From NCBI GenBank assembly GCA_964547475.1, contig CAZJNQ010000004.1, positions 16,784-80,783 of the forward strand: a DNA stretch of 64,000 bases. The letters are read 5' to 3'. The notes under the pieces are model-generated. The model made no database searches, was not told the origin of the DNA, and saw nothing but the letters and a program-made list of their open reading frames with translations. The stretch is from an uncultured Porphyromonadaceae bacterium. Lineage in GTDB: Bacteria > Bacteroidota > Bacteroidia > Bacteroidales > UBA12481. Each line of letters starts with the position of its first letter. The stretch's first letter is position 1. The translations under genes were made by a program, and so were the position numbers. Positions 27,300-37,395 of this stretch are shown one piece after another.

Positions 27300-29042
27300 A
27301 TGAAAAACCTTAAATATCTCGCCTTTATAGCGTTGTCGGGTTTGGTTCTCGGTTCTTGCGAGCCGACTGAACTGCAGAAGCCTGATATAGGTGATGCACC
27401 TGATGCATCGGACCTCCAGATCACTATCACTCCCGGTGCTGATGCTTTTCATTTCACCATCGAAAACACTTCATCGGTAACGGGTATCGCCACCTGGGAC
27501 CTGGGTAACGGCAATACGGCAAACGGTAACGAAGTGGAAGCTTACTATCCGCTTCCCGGCACGTATTCCATCGCGCTTACTCTTTATACCAAAGGTGGGC
27601 ACGCAAGCATTACGAAGGATCAGACAACCACGGAAACAGACTGGGCCTATTTCACCGATCCGGTCATGACCATCCTGTGCGGAGGGGCTGAGGCAATCAA
27701 TGGAAAAACCTGGGTTATGGACAGTCTGGCCACCGGCCATATGGGTGTGGGCCCAAGCCTTGAGAGCAGTTTCTCCTGGTGGGCGGCTTCTCCACTGGCC
27801 AAATCCTACAAGGGACTGTACGATGATGAACTGACACTGAAATTAACCGGTTTTGCAGCCGTTTATGACAACAAAGGCGTCAGTTACGTCAAGGATTTCC
27901 GGATCAGCGACCCGGCCTATTCCAATCCCAGGATCAACGATACGGATTACATGGTCGATTATCCCGGCCCAATCAACGGAACCTGGTCCTATTATGAAAA
28001 GGACGGGAAACAGTACCTCAAACTGGCCGGAACTACTCCCGTCTATCCTTGTTTCGATACCGGGGCCAAGGATGGAGAATACCTGATCCTCAATGTTTCG
28101 GAAAACAGTCTTGAACTTGCCTGCATCGGTGGGGACAACAATGCCTGGCACTATTTGCTGATCCCGAAAGGCTATGTCCTCCCGACCATCACATTTGATG
28201 CCGTTTTTGCTGCCACCGGCAATCCCAATGAGTTTCAGTTTTCATTGGACAACCTGGTTGTCCCCGCAGGATTATCGGTTAAAGAAGTGGTGTGGAATTT
28301 CGGCGACGGCACAGTGGTTGAAACCAACAATGCCACCCAGCCGCAGGTCCATACCTACATGCGGAAAGGCAACTATTCGGCGAGCGTCACCCTCACCTCA
28401 TCTGCCGACGTAACTTATGAGGAATACCTGTCTGTCAGCGTAACGGCCAATCATCCCGACTATGTCGAATACCTCCTGGATGCCATGGTCATGTACAATG
28501 ATTTTGGAGAGACCCAATTGGTAGAAGCAGGCCTGGATCGGTCAGGAGGAACAGCTTCATTGGCTGTTGTAGCCAATCCTGATGACAGCCGGTATCCGAA
28601 CCGGAGCAAAAATGTTGCCTTCTTTACCAAGGTTAACAACCAGTGGGCTAACGTTTTCATCAAACTTCCGGACGGTTACCGTTTCGATTTACGCAAACAG
28701 ACCCGATTCAAAGTGCTGGTTTACGGTACTGCCGGCCAGGAAGTGTTGCTCAAGCTGGAGAATACCGACCGGGGAGGGAATGCATGGCAAACCGGTTGTG
28801 AACTGAAAAAAACCATCCAGGCATCTGACACCTGGGAGATCATGGAATTTGATTTCGCGGGAGCCGGAGCAGGCTGGGATTGGACCGGAGATATCTTTAC
28901 GTCCGATATTGCCACTGATGACCGCTTCAACCACGATTTTTATAACGTGGTCAGGCTCATGTATCAACCCGGTGTTGGTGACGGGTCATTCAGCGTTTAT
29001 GTCGACGATTTCGCCGGACCTCATGTAGAAGGGTTGGAATGA
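27300..29042 (+). CDS. PKD-domain surface lipoprotein (probable surface glycan-binding protein)
   Basis: ATG 27300 gives a lipoprotein signal (LVLGSC). Two PKD-like motifs (WDLGNGNTANGNEVEAYYPLPGTYSIALT and WNFGDGTVVETNNATQPQVHTYMRKGNYSASVT). It occupies the position after susD that is typical of surface glycan-binding proteins. Confidence 0.75.
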   Translation: MKNLKYLAFIALSGLVLGSCEPTELQKPDIGDAPDASDLQITITPGADAFHFTIENTSSVTGIATWDLGNGNTANGNEVEAYYPLPGTYSIALTLYTKGGHASITKDQTTTETDWAYFTDPVMTILCGGAEAINGKTWVMDSLATGHMGVGPSLESSFSWWAASPLAKSYKGLYDDELTLKLTGFAAVYDNKGVSYVKDFRISDPAYSNPRINDTDYMVDYPGPINGTWSYYEKDGKQYLKLAGTTPVYPCFDTGAKDGEYLILNVSENSLELACIGGDNNAWHYLLIPKGYVLPTITFDAVFAATGNPNEFQFSLDNLVVPAGLSVKEVVWNFGDGTVVETNNATQPQVHTYMRKGNYSASVTLTSSADVTYEEYLSVSVTANHPDYVEYLLDAMVMYNDFGETQLVEAGLDRSGGTASLAVVANPDDSRYPNRSKNVAFFTKVNNQWANVFIKLPDGYRFDLRKQTRFKVLVYGTAGQEVLLKLENTDRGGNAWQTGCELKKTIQASDTWEIMEFDFAGAGAGWDWTGDIFTSDIATDDRFNHDFYNVVRLMYQPGVGDGSFSVYVDDFAGPHVEGLE

Positions 29043-29190
29043 TGGTTCTTTTCATTTAATAGTAGGAGAATGTGGGGTTGCCCCGAATCCGTCTGGCCTG
29101 GAAGTAAAAGGTTCTATACTCATAAGGAATTAAAATAACTATCTCTCTGCCAGACCACTATTTGGGGTGACCCCTTTCCCTTTTCACCCT

Positions 29191-31956
29191 ATGTCAAACA
29201 AGATTTGGATCGGTCTTGTGTGGTTATCCCTTGCGACGATACCGTACGGCCTGACCGCACAGGAGGAGGTGTTACTGCGTCGCTCGGGAAAACAAATAGT
29301 GGATGGCAATGGCCAGGAAGTTCTGCTCCGCGGCATCGGCCTGGGAGGATGGATGCTCCAGGAGGGATATATGCTGGAGACGGCCGGTTTTGCCGGTACA
29401 CAGCATGAAATCCGAGACCTGATCACGCGTTTGATAGGAGCGGAAGGGACACAAGGATTTTACGAAGCCTGGCTGGCTAACCATGTTACAAAAAAGGACA
29501 TTGATTCACTGGCCCGCTGGGGATTCAATTCGGTAAGGCCTGCCCTGCATTACAATTTGTTTACCCTTCCGATAGAAGAAGAACCTTTAGGCGGTTATCA
29601 GACCTGGATAGACAAAGGTTTCATCATGCTCGACAGTCTGGTTTCCTGGTGCGCGGCCAACCGGATGTATGTAATCCTTGACCTTCATGCCGCTCCGGGT
29701 GGTCAGGGGAGGGATAACAATATTTCCGACAGGGATCCTTCCAGGCTATCTCTCTGGGAGAGCAGTGCCAATCGGACCAAAACTGTCGAACTCTGGAAGA
29801 AACTGGCGGAAAGATATGCCGGCAATCCCTGGATCGGGGGGTATGACATACTGAATGAGACCAACTGGGATTTTGAACAAAGCGGTAACCAAAATGGTTG
29901 TAATTGCCAGCAAAACAAACCTTTGGCTGATCTGTTCAAAAAGATCATCGGGGCGATCCGCAGTCGGGATCAACAACACATCATTTTTCTCGAAGGAAAT
30001 TGCTGGGGCGGCAACTTTAATGGACTGGAGTCGCTTTTCGGTTTCGACGACAATCTTGTTCTCAGTTTTCACCGGTATTGGAGCCAGAACACCTATTCCA
30101 CCATTGCTGATAAGGTTCGCCTTCGTGACACCTATAATCTGCCTCTCTGGATGGGCGAATCCGGAGAGAACTCGAATCATTGGTTCACCGAGGCTGTATC
30201 CCTGTTGGAAAAAAATGATATCGGATGGTCCTGGTGGCCTGAAAAGAAAATTCACTCGGTTGTCGGGCCCATGACCGTTGTAAAAACGCCCGAATACCAA
30301 CGGTTGCTGGATTACTGGGAAGGCCGAGGCCCTGCCCCTGATCCCGTCACTGCTGAAGCAACCCTGATGCAGATGGCAGAGAACCTTAAAATCCAGAATT
30401 GCGAGATTCATTATGACGTGATGGATGCGCTGCTGCGCCAGCCTCATGACAGCACCTTAAGTCCGTTTATGCGTCATGCCTTGCCGGGGACCATTCCCGC
30501 TGTGCATTTTGACCTGGGTAAAAATGGAATAGCTTATCAGGACAAGGAATATGAAAACAACGGAAACAGCTCCCATAACTGGAACCTGGGGTGGATCTAT
30601 CGCAATGACGGTCCGGATATTGTTTACTGCCAGGATTCAGCCGAATATTCAAACGGGTATGCCATTACCGGCATCGAAAAAGGAGAATGGTTGAAATACA
30701 GCATTGATATTGACACTGCCGGTTATTATGATCTGATGGTACGCACTTCCTCCACTCTGGATCGGGGTGCTTTCCGGATCGAAATCAACGGCATGGATGT
30801 CTCGGGAACCTTAGCAGTGCCTATAACGGGTGACCTCCAGAAGTTCTATCCGGTGATGATCAGGAATATCAGGCTTGAACAAGGGATCCAGTGTTTGGCC
30901 ATCGTCTTTGAGGAGGGAGGTTTCAACCTGAGTTCATTTGTGTTCAACGGACCCACCGGAGTAAAAGATGTAGCTTTTTCCCTTATGTCGGTAAAAACCG
31001 ACGAATTGGGCAGACAGTTGATTCTTACATTTAACCAGGAACTTACAGGTTATCCGGCGACGGGAATTTCCTTTTATCTGGTCAGGGGAGAGGAAACCGT
31101 ATCACCTGGATCCGTCATTTTCAACAGGGGTTTACCAAGATCCCTTTTTTTAAAATTCTCCACATGCTTCGCCCAGACCGATCATCTATTATTGACTTAC
31201 CAGGGTGACCAGATCATCGGACAGGATGCTGAAGTGTTGGCTGCATTCAGTAATCGGCCTGTGGTTAATATAGTGACTATGAGGCATCTGGTACCCGGTC
31301 ATATCGAGGCTGAGGACTTTTTTGCAAACCATGGATTTCAGTTCGAAGAGTGCAGCGACACAGGAAACGGATTGAACGCCGGATGGGCTGATCCTGGCGA
31401 TTACCTCGATTTTCCCGTCAGAATCGTCCAGGCCGGCAGGTTCGAGGTCACCTGCCGTTACTCCTGTTACTCAGGGACCAGCCAGGCGGAATTACTGCTC
31501 TCCGAAGATAGCCTTGAAACTTTGGGGCTTATCCTGTTTCCATCTACAGGCGGCTGGCAACAATGGCAATCGGCCAAACAGGAGGTGATTCTTCCGGCCG
31601 GTTGGAATATTTTGCGTTTTCAGGCAATAACAGCCGGCTTCAACCTTAACCATTTCGACCTTGTCAAGGTAACCGACAGCATCAAGCCGGATACTGCAAG
31701 CCAGGTCAGTTTTAAGCTTTTTCCAAATCCCGCCTCTCACCGCGTTCATGTCGAAATAACGAACCCTGAAGAAAAATCCGAAGTGCTTGAGGTGATCGAT
31801 CCCGTAGGGCACATACTCCACACCGAGAATACTCCCCCTTTGAAACAAATCTTATGCATCCTTGATACAAGAAAATACAGAGCTGGGCTTTATTTCGTCC
31901 GGATTCGCGACGAACAGATTATGGAAACCCAATCACTGTTTATTGTCAACCTGTAA
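29191..31956 (+). CDS. GH5-type beta-glucanase with two CBM6-like modules and a T9SS C-terminal sorting domain
   Basis: GH5 motifs: LLRGIGLGGWMLQEGYM, the acid/base in DILNETNW and the nucleophile in LWMGESGEN. CBM6-like segments (GEWLKYSIDIDTAGYYDL and HIEAEDFFANHG, GDYLDFPVRIVQAGRFEV). C-terminal FKLFPNPASHRVHVEI and GLYFVRI. I took ATG 29191 rather than the GTG 29167 in the ORF track. Confidence 0.8.
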   Translation: MSNKIWIGLVWLSLATIPYGLTAQEEVLLRRSGKQIVDGNGQEVLLRGIGLGGWMLQEGYMLETAGFAGTQHEIRDLITRLIGAEGTQGFYEAWLANHVTKKDIDSLARWGFNSVRPALHYNLFTLPIEEEPLGGYQTWIDKGFIMLDSLVSWCAANRMYVILDLHAAPGGQGRDNNISDRDPSRLSLWESSANRTKTVELWKKLAERYAGNPWIGGYDILNETNWDFEQSGNQNGCNCQQNKPLADLFKKIIGAIRSRDQQHIIFLEGNCWGGNFNGLESLFGFDDNLVLSFHRYWSQNTYSTIADKVRLRDTYNLPLWMGESGENSNHWFTEAVSLLEKNDIGWSWWPEKKIHSVVGPMTVVKTPEYQRLLDYWEGRGPAPDPVTAEATLMQMAENLKIQNCEIHYDVMDALLRQPHDSTLSPFMRHALPGTIPAVHFDLGKNGIAYQDKEYENNGNSSHNWNLGWIYRNDGPDIVYCQDSAEYSNGYAITGIEKGEWLKYSIDIDTAGYYDLMVRTSSTLDRGAFRIEINGMDVSGTLAVPITGDLQKFYPVMIRNIRLEQGIQCLAIVFEEGGFNLSSFVFNGPTGVKDVAFSLMSVKTDELGRQLILTFNQELTGYPATGISFYLVRGEETVSPGSVIFNRGLPRSLFLKFSTCFAQTDHLLLTYQGDQIIGQDAEVLAAFSNRPVVNIVTMRHLVPGHIEAEDFFANHGFQFEECSDTGNGLNAGWADPGDYLDFPVRIVQAGRFEVTCRYSCYSGTSQAELLLSEDSLETLGLILFPSTGGWQQWQSAKQEVILPAGWNILRFQAITAGFNLNHFDLVKVTDSIKPDTASQVSFKLFPNPASHRVHVEITNPEEKSEVLEVIDPVGHILHTENTPPLKQILCILDTRKYRAGLYFVRIRDEQIMETQSLFIVNL

Positions 31957-31967
31957 CCCTGATTCTT

Positions 31968-34202
31968 ATGAAAAACATATTTAACCTGGCCTTGCTGCTC
32001 CTTATGGGATTGGCTTCCTGTACGAATTCCGATATTCCGGTACCGGGCATCAGCGAAAAACAATTGCAGAAAAAGACTGACAGTGTCCTCAGGTTAATGA
32101 CATTGGAAGAAAAAATCGGTCAACTCAACCAATTTTCCGGAGATGGCGAATTGACAGGCCCCGTTACTTTGAGGCCCGACCTGCTCCAAAGCATCCGGGA
32201 CGGGAAAGTCGGTTCCATGCTGAATATTAATGGGGCAGAGTATACACGGAAAATTCAGCAGATCGCCGTCGAAGAATCACGCCTGAAAATACCCTTGATC
32301 TTTGGTTATGATGTCATTCATGGTTACAAAACCATTTTTCCCGTTCCACTGGGCGAGACGGCTTCATGGGACCTCGAAACCGTGGAACGTGCTGCACGGA
32401 TCGCGGCAACTGAAGCCACTGCAGCCGGCCAGCACTGGACCTTTTCACCGATGGTTGATATCTCGCGCGATCCCCGTTGGGGGAGGATCATGGAAGGATC
32501 CGGCGAAGATCCCTACCTGGGTTCAAGGATGGCGGAAGCGAGGGTTAAGGGTTTCCAGGGTAAAGATCTTTCCGATCCCTCCACCGTGATAGCTTGTGCC
32601 AAGCATTACGCTGCCTACGGAAATGCACAGGCTGGACGGGACTATTATACTACCGACCTGAGTGAAAATACCTTGCGGGAAATTTACCTTCCTCCTTTCA
32701 AGGCTGCACTGGATGCAGGTGTAGAAACCTTTATGTCAGCATTTAACGATTTGAATGGGATTCCTGCTACCGGGAACAAATACCTGATCCAGGATATCCT
32801 GAAAACTGAATGGGCATTCAAGGGCATGGTCGTAAGCGATTGGGGATCCATTTCAGAAATGATCAATCACGGAATTGTTGCCGATAAATATGAAGCGGGT
32901 GCTTTGGCCTTTAATGCAGGGGTTGATATGGACATGGAGGGATTGGTTTACCTCCCGGAAATGGAGAAGCTACTTGAAGCCGGCAAGGTCACGGAAGAAC
33001 AGATTGACGAATCGGTGCGACGAATCTTGCGCCTGAAGTTCAAGTTGGGACTATTCGATGATCCCTACCGTTATTCGGATGTGAACCGTGAAAAAGAGCT
33101 GCTGTTGAATCCCCTATTCCTTCAGTTTGCCCGTGAAGCGGCAAGAAAATCTTTTGTTCTCCTGAAAAATGAAGGTCAGATACTACCCATACCGAACAGC
33201 GTCAGGACAGTGGCATTGATCGGACCGGCTGCAGACGCTGCACAGGATATGATTGGAAACTGGTCAGGCCGCGGTGAAGCCAAGGATGTGGTCACTCTGA
33301 AACAGGAGTTGGAACGGCAGTTGGGACCGGACAGGTTGCTATATGTGAAAGGTTCCAATTACAACGATGAAGACAGGTCGGGCTTTGCTGCCGCAATTGC
33401 GGTTTCACGAAAGGCTGACTACGTGATTGCGGCTTTCGGGGAGGAAGGGATGATGACCGGTGAAAGCATGAGCCGATCGGATATTTCCCTTCCGGGGGTT
33501 CAAGAAGAGTTGATCCTTGAACTGGCAAAGCTTGGAAAGCCCCTGGTACTGGTTCTGTTCAACGGGCGGCCACTGACCATCCCGGTCCTGAACCAGGTTG
33601 TCCCGGCCATCATGGAAGCCTGGATACCCGGTACCATGGCCGGCCCTGCCCTCTGCGATGTGCTGTTCGGCAAATACAACCCTTCGGGCAAGCTTCCGGT
33701 TACTTTCCCCTATTGCGTCGGACAAATCCCGATCTTTTACAATCATAAAAATTCGGGGAGACCGGGTAGCCGGGAATTAAAGTTCACCTCCCGTTACCTT
33801 GACGTTCAAAACGACCCGCTCTATTCTTTCGGTTATGGACTGAATTACACAAAGTACACTTACTCGAACCTGACATTGAGCGATACAGCGATGACGGCTC
33901 AGGATACCCTCCGGATCCGCGTCGAAGTCGCTAATTCGGGGCAGATGGCAGGGACCGAAACCGTGCAACTGTACATTCGCGACCTTGTTGGTTCCGTGAC
34001 TCGTCCGGTCATAGAATTGAAAGGCTTCAGGCAGATCAGCCTGAAACCAGGGGAAAAGAAAGTTGTGGAATTCTGGATTACTGCGAATGATCTGTCATTT
34101 TATAATAACAACATGAAATGGACGGCGGAGCCGGGGGATTTCCGTGTTTTTGTCGGGACCAGTTCGGCCGAAACCCTCGAAACGGGGTTTATCTTGAAAT
34201 AA
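31968..34202 (+). CDS. bglX: GH3 beta-glucosidase (lipoprotein)
   Basis: Lipobox LASC. GH3 motifs (KIPLIFGYDVIHG, RDPRWGRIMEGSGEDP, and the nucleophile in MVVSDWGS). C-terminal fibronectin-like domain. Confidence 0.93.
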   Translation: MKNIFNLALLLLMGLASCTNSDIPVPGISEKQLQKKTDSVLRLMTLEEKIGQLNQFSGDGELTGPVTLRPDLLQSIRDGKVGSMLNINGAEYTRKIQQIAVEESRLKIPLIFGYDVIHGYKTIFPVPLGETASWDLETVERAARIAATEATAAGQHWTFSPMVDISRDPRWGRIMEGSGEDPYLGSRMAEARVKGFQGKDLSDPSTVIACAKHYAAYGNAQAGRDYYTTDLSENTLREIYLPPFKAALDAGVETFMSAFNDLNGIPATGNKYLIQDILKTEWAFKGMVVSDWGSISEMINHGIVADKYEAGALAFNAGVDMDMEGLVYLPEMEKLLEAGKVTEEQIDESVRRILRLKFKLGLFDDPYRYSDVNREKELLLNPLFLQFAREAARKSFVLLKNEGQILPIPNSVRTVALIGPAADAAQDMIGNWSGRGEAKDVVTLKQELERQLGPDRLLYVKGSNYNDEDRSGFAAAIAVSRKADYVIAAFGEEGMMTGESMSRSDISLPGVQEELILELAKLGKPLVLVLFNGRPLTIPVLNQVVPAIMEAWIPGTMAGPALCDVLFGKYNPSGKLPVTFPYCVGQIPIFYNHKNSGRPGSRELKFTSRYLDVQNDPLYSFGYGLNYTKYTYSNLTLSDTAMTAQDTLRIRVEVANSGQMAGTETVQLYIRDLVGSVTRPVIELKGFRQISLKPGEKKVVEFWITANDLSFYNNNMKWTAEPGDFRVFVGTSSAETLETGFILK

Positions 34203-34212
34203 TCAAGTCAAT

Positions 34213-35034
34213 ATGAAAATGAGGACTATACCATTGTTGATTCTGGTACTGTCAATTTCCGCCGGGTGCAAGGTCCAGACCAACCCGGATGCATCCGGCC
34301 CCCTTTTTTCCGACCTGGTCTGGAGTGACGAATTCAACCGGCCGGGGGCTCCGGATACGTTTCTGTGGAGTTATGATACAGCCGGTAATGCAAGCGGATG
34401 GGGCAATAACGAATGGCAGTTCTATACAGACGGACGTGAGGAAAATGCCTATATCCAGGACGGCTTCCTTCATATAAAAGCCATCCGCGAGGAGATGCAG
34501 GGAAAAGCATTTAGTTCTGCCAGATTGGTGACCAGGGGCAAGGGAGACTGGCTCTTTGGGCGTTTGGAGGTACGGGCAAAACTCCCGGGTTCCAGGGGAA
34601 TCTGGCCAGCAATCTGGATGCTTCCGACTGATTGGGATTACGGGGGTTGGCCAAAATCAGGGGAGATCGACATTATGGAACACGTCGGTTACATGCCGGA
34701 TTCCGTCTTCGCGTCGGTCCATACCGAAACATATAACCACGTAATCGGAACCCAGAAAACCAAGGGTTATTACTTACCGGATTTACACGAACAGTTTCAC
34801 GTCTATTCCATGGAATGGGAGCCTGACCGGATCCGTATTTTTGTGGACTCAATCGCTTACTTTACTTTTATCAAAGAAACGGCCGAGCCACGGCTTTGGC
34901 CGTTTGACAAGAGGTTCCATTTGCTCTTGAATGTGGCGGTCGGGGGTAATTGGGGTGCTGTTCAGGGAGTCGATTCCACGGGCTTTCCCCAGGAAATGAT
35001 CGTGGATTATGTTAGGGTTTATCAGAAAAAATGA
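34213..35034 (+). CDS. GH16 endo-beta-1,3(4)-glucanase (laminarinase type), lipoprotein
   Basis: Lipobox SAGC. GH16 catalytic motif GEIDIMEHVG, plus WPAIWMLP and NVAVGGNWG. Confidence 0.92.
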   Translation: MKMRTIPLLILVLSISAGCKVQTNPDASGPLFSDLVWSDEFNRPGAPDTFLWSYDTAGNASGWGNNEWQFYTDGREENAYIQDGFLHIKAIREEMQGKAFSSARLVTRGKGDWLFGRLEVRAKLPGSRGIWPAIWMLPTDWDYGGWPKSGEIDIMEHVGYMPDSVFASVHTETYNHVIGTQKTKGYYLPDLHEQFHVYSMEWEPDRIRIFVDSIAYFTFIKETAEPRLWPFDKRFHLLLNVAVGGNWGAVQGVDSTGFPQEMIVDYVRVYQKK

Positions 35035-36854
35035 GATTCATACCCGGATTCATCGGAAGACTGACAACAGGACTACTGATCTGTTTCCTGCAAAGTAACG
35101 TTTCGTATCCTCAAAATTCAGCCCTGGTTTGGTCAGATGAATTCGAATACACGGGGTTGCCGGATGCCAGTAAATGGACCTACGACGAAGGCGGAACCGG
35201 TTGGGGAAACAATGAATTGCAGTATTATACGCGGAATCGCTCACAGAATGCCCGCGTGGCGAATGGGATCCTGACCATTGAGGCAATCAGGGAGGACTAT
35301 AATCAGAAGCAGTACACTTCAGCCAGGTTGGTTTCCCGAAATCATGGCGATTGGCTGTACGGCCGGATCGAGGTTAGGGCCAAGCTCCCTTCAGGAAGGG
35401 GAACCTGGCCGGCCATCTGGATGCTGCCAACCGACTGGGCCTACGGGAATTGGCCTGCCAGCGGTGAAATTGACATCATGGAGCATGTCGGACATGATCC
35501 CCAAAACATCTATGGTTCCATTCACACACAGGATTATAATCACGCGGCAGGCACCCAAAAAGGAGGCTCTGTCACCCGGTCTGACTTTGAATCGGACTTT
35601 CATGTTTATGCCGTGGAGTGGGCACCTGAAAAGATCGACTTTTTTGTAGATGATCTGAAATTCTTCACTTTCGTCAATGAGGGCAGTTGGGAGAAGTGGC
35701 CTTTCGACAAACGGTTCCACCTTTTGCTGAACATCGCCGTGGGAGGATCCTGGGGTGGTGCCCAGGGCGTGGATCCATCCATCTTTCCCCAAAGGATGGA
35801 AATTGACTATGTAAGGGTTTTCCAGGCTGCCAGCCTGGAAATTACCGGACCCGGTTATCTTGAACCCGGACAGACAACCCTCTTTTCCGCTACCCGGTTT
35901 TCCGGTTACACCTATTTATGGAGTATCCCCGACGATGCAACTCTGTTGTCCGGCCAGGGCACTAGCGAAATCAGCCTGACCTGGGGTATGACTGAAGCCG
36001 ACATCCGCATCCGGGTCGTCTCGGACCGGGATACACTGAGTACTTCACATTTCATCAGGTTAGTTAACCTGCCAATAGAGGAAGTTTATTTTTTTGGCAA
36101 CCTAAAGGATGAAGAGACTTCAAACCTGGGTATATCCACTACCGACGGCAGCAGTTATCGCTTTACCGAATCCGGCGACGGCTTGAAGATCGTCTATTCA
36201 ACTGTTAATCCGTCCACCTGGCCCCGGTTCGAACTTCAGCTTGACCGGCCGGTTAATTTAAAGGATCACCCCTGGTGCTTCGTCAATCTCAAGACCTATA
36301 ACCTGAGCCATTCCGTATCCGTCAGATTTGACTTTGCCGATATTTACGGGAGGGAGACAAACGCAACACCGGTTTTCAGACCCTTACCCATTGTCTCCGA
36401 CGGAGAATTCCATCTGTATAGCCATGATTATACGGGAAACTGGAGATCATCCTATCCCGAAGCAGCACAGCTGGTGGATTCAACCCGTATCATCAGGTTA
36501 ATAACCTATGTCAACGGAGGGATTTTCGGGGTATCTGATAAATCTGACAGCCTGTGGATTGAAAGCATCAGGTTCCAAACCGATGCTTGGGCGTCCAGCC
36601 ACCCCAACATCCATGCCAACCAGGTCGTGACTGTTTACCCTAATCCGCTCACTGACAGGCTCCACGTTCGTTCACCTGAGCCCATCACCTGCATCTCGGT
36701 GCTCACGATGAACGGAATTCCCGTATATGATTACGCTTATCCAGCATGCCCTGAAGCGGAAATTAACCTGGCTGGATTACCCTCGGGTATCTATCTGCTT
36801 AAAATCATTTCGACAGCAAACACCACGACCTTCCTGAAAGTTGCCAGGAAGTGA
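35031..36854 (+). CDS. GH16 beta-glucanase with extra C-terminal modules and a T9SS sorting domain
   Basis: ATGA overlap with the preceding GH16 gene. The catalytic module is paralogous (GEIDIMEHVG, WPAIWMLP). The C-terminus has VTVYPNPLTDRLHV and GIYLLKI, typical of a T9SS C-terminal domain. Confidence 0.9.
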   Translation: MRFIPGFIGRLTTGLLICFLQSNVSYPQNSALVWSDEFEYTGLPDASKWTYDEGGTGWGNNELQYYTRNRSQNARVANGILTIEAIREDYNQKQYTSARLVSRNHGDWLYGRIEVRAKLPSGRGTWPAIWMLPTDWAYGNWPASGEIDIMEHVGHDPQNIYGSIHTQDYNHAAGTQKGGSVTRSDFESDFHVYAVEWAPEKIDFFVDDLKFFTFVNEGSWEKWPFDKRFHLLLNIAVGGSWGGAQGVDPSIFPQRMEIDYVRVFQAASLEITGPGYLEPGQTTLFSATRFSGYTYLWSIPDDATLLSGQGTSEISLTWGMTEADIRIRVVSDRDTLSTSHFIRLVNLPIEEVYFFGNLKDEETSNLGISTTDGSSYRFTESGDGLKIVYSTVNPSTWPRFELQLDRPVNLKDHPWCFVNLKTYNLSHSVSVRFDFADIYGRETNATPVFRPLPIVSDGEFHLYSHDYTGNWRSSYPEAAQLVDSTRIIRLITYVNGGIFGVSDKSDSLWIESIRFQTDAWASSHPNIHANQVVTVYPNPLTDRLHVRSPEPITCISVLTMNGIPVYDYAYPACPEAEINLAGLPSGIYLLKIISTANTTTFLKVARK

Positions 36855-37012
36855 CAAGCCGTGCAACCCGTAAGGTAAGCTGTGCCATGTCAGACCGTGC
36901 AGTATTGATGAATTGATATTTGTCAATAACTGCCTGATCTATATCATTTCCAGTCTGATATATAATAATAAAAGATTCGAATGTTTTTACATATTTATAT
37001 ATGAGATAAATC

Positions 37013-37020
37013 TACTTTTG
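37013..37020 (+). promoter_or_regulatory. candidate -7 promoter box (TAnnTTTG) for the nuo operon
   Basis: TACTTTTG ends 22 nt upstream of the nuoA ATG, inside a 187-bp AT-rich intergenic region. Confidence 0.35.
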
Positions 37021-37041
37021 ACCTTAACTTAACTTCATGCT

Positions 37042-37395
37042 ATGAGCAGTGAGTCCCTGGTCCTTTTTTTCATCATTGGAGTGGTGCTGGTAGGAGGAGC
37101 CACCTTGTTCTCCCATTTCGTGGCACCGCGCATTTCAAAATCACCGGTCAAGTTCGAACCCTACGAATGCGGAATCCCGACCCAGGGGAAAACCTGGATC
37201 CAGTTCCATGTTGGCTATTACCTGTTCGCTATCATCTACCTGATCTTCGCGGTCGAAACGGTTTTTGTTTTCCCGTGGGGTGTGGTGATGAGAGAAGTAG
37301 GTCTCAGGGCGTTCATTGAAATTGTCATATTCTTTGTTATTCTGGGCCTGGGATTGCTTTATGCCTGGAAAAAAGGAGCCTTGAAATGGGTGTGA
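37042..37395 (+). CDS. nuoA: NADH-quinone oxidoreductase subunit A
   Basis: 117 aa with 3 TM helices and the FEPYECGI motif. Confidence 0.9.
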   Translation: MSSESLVLFFIIGVVLVGGATLFSHFVAPRISKSPVKFEPYECGIPTQGKTWIQFHVGYYLFAIIYLIFAVETVFVFPWGVVMREVGLRAFIEIVIFFVILGLGLLYAWKKGALKWV

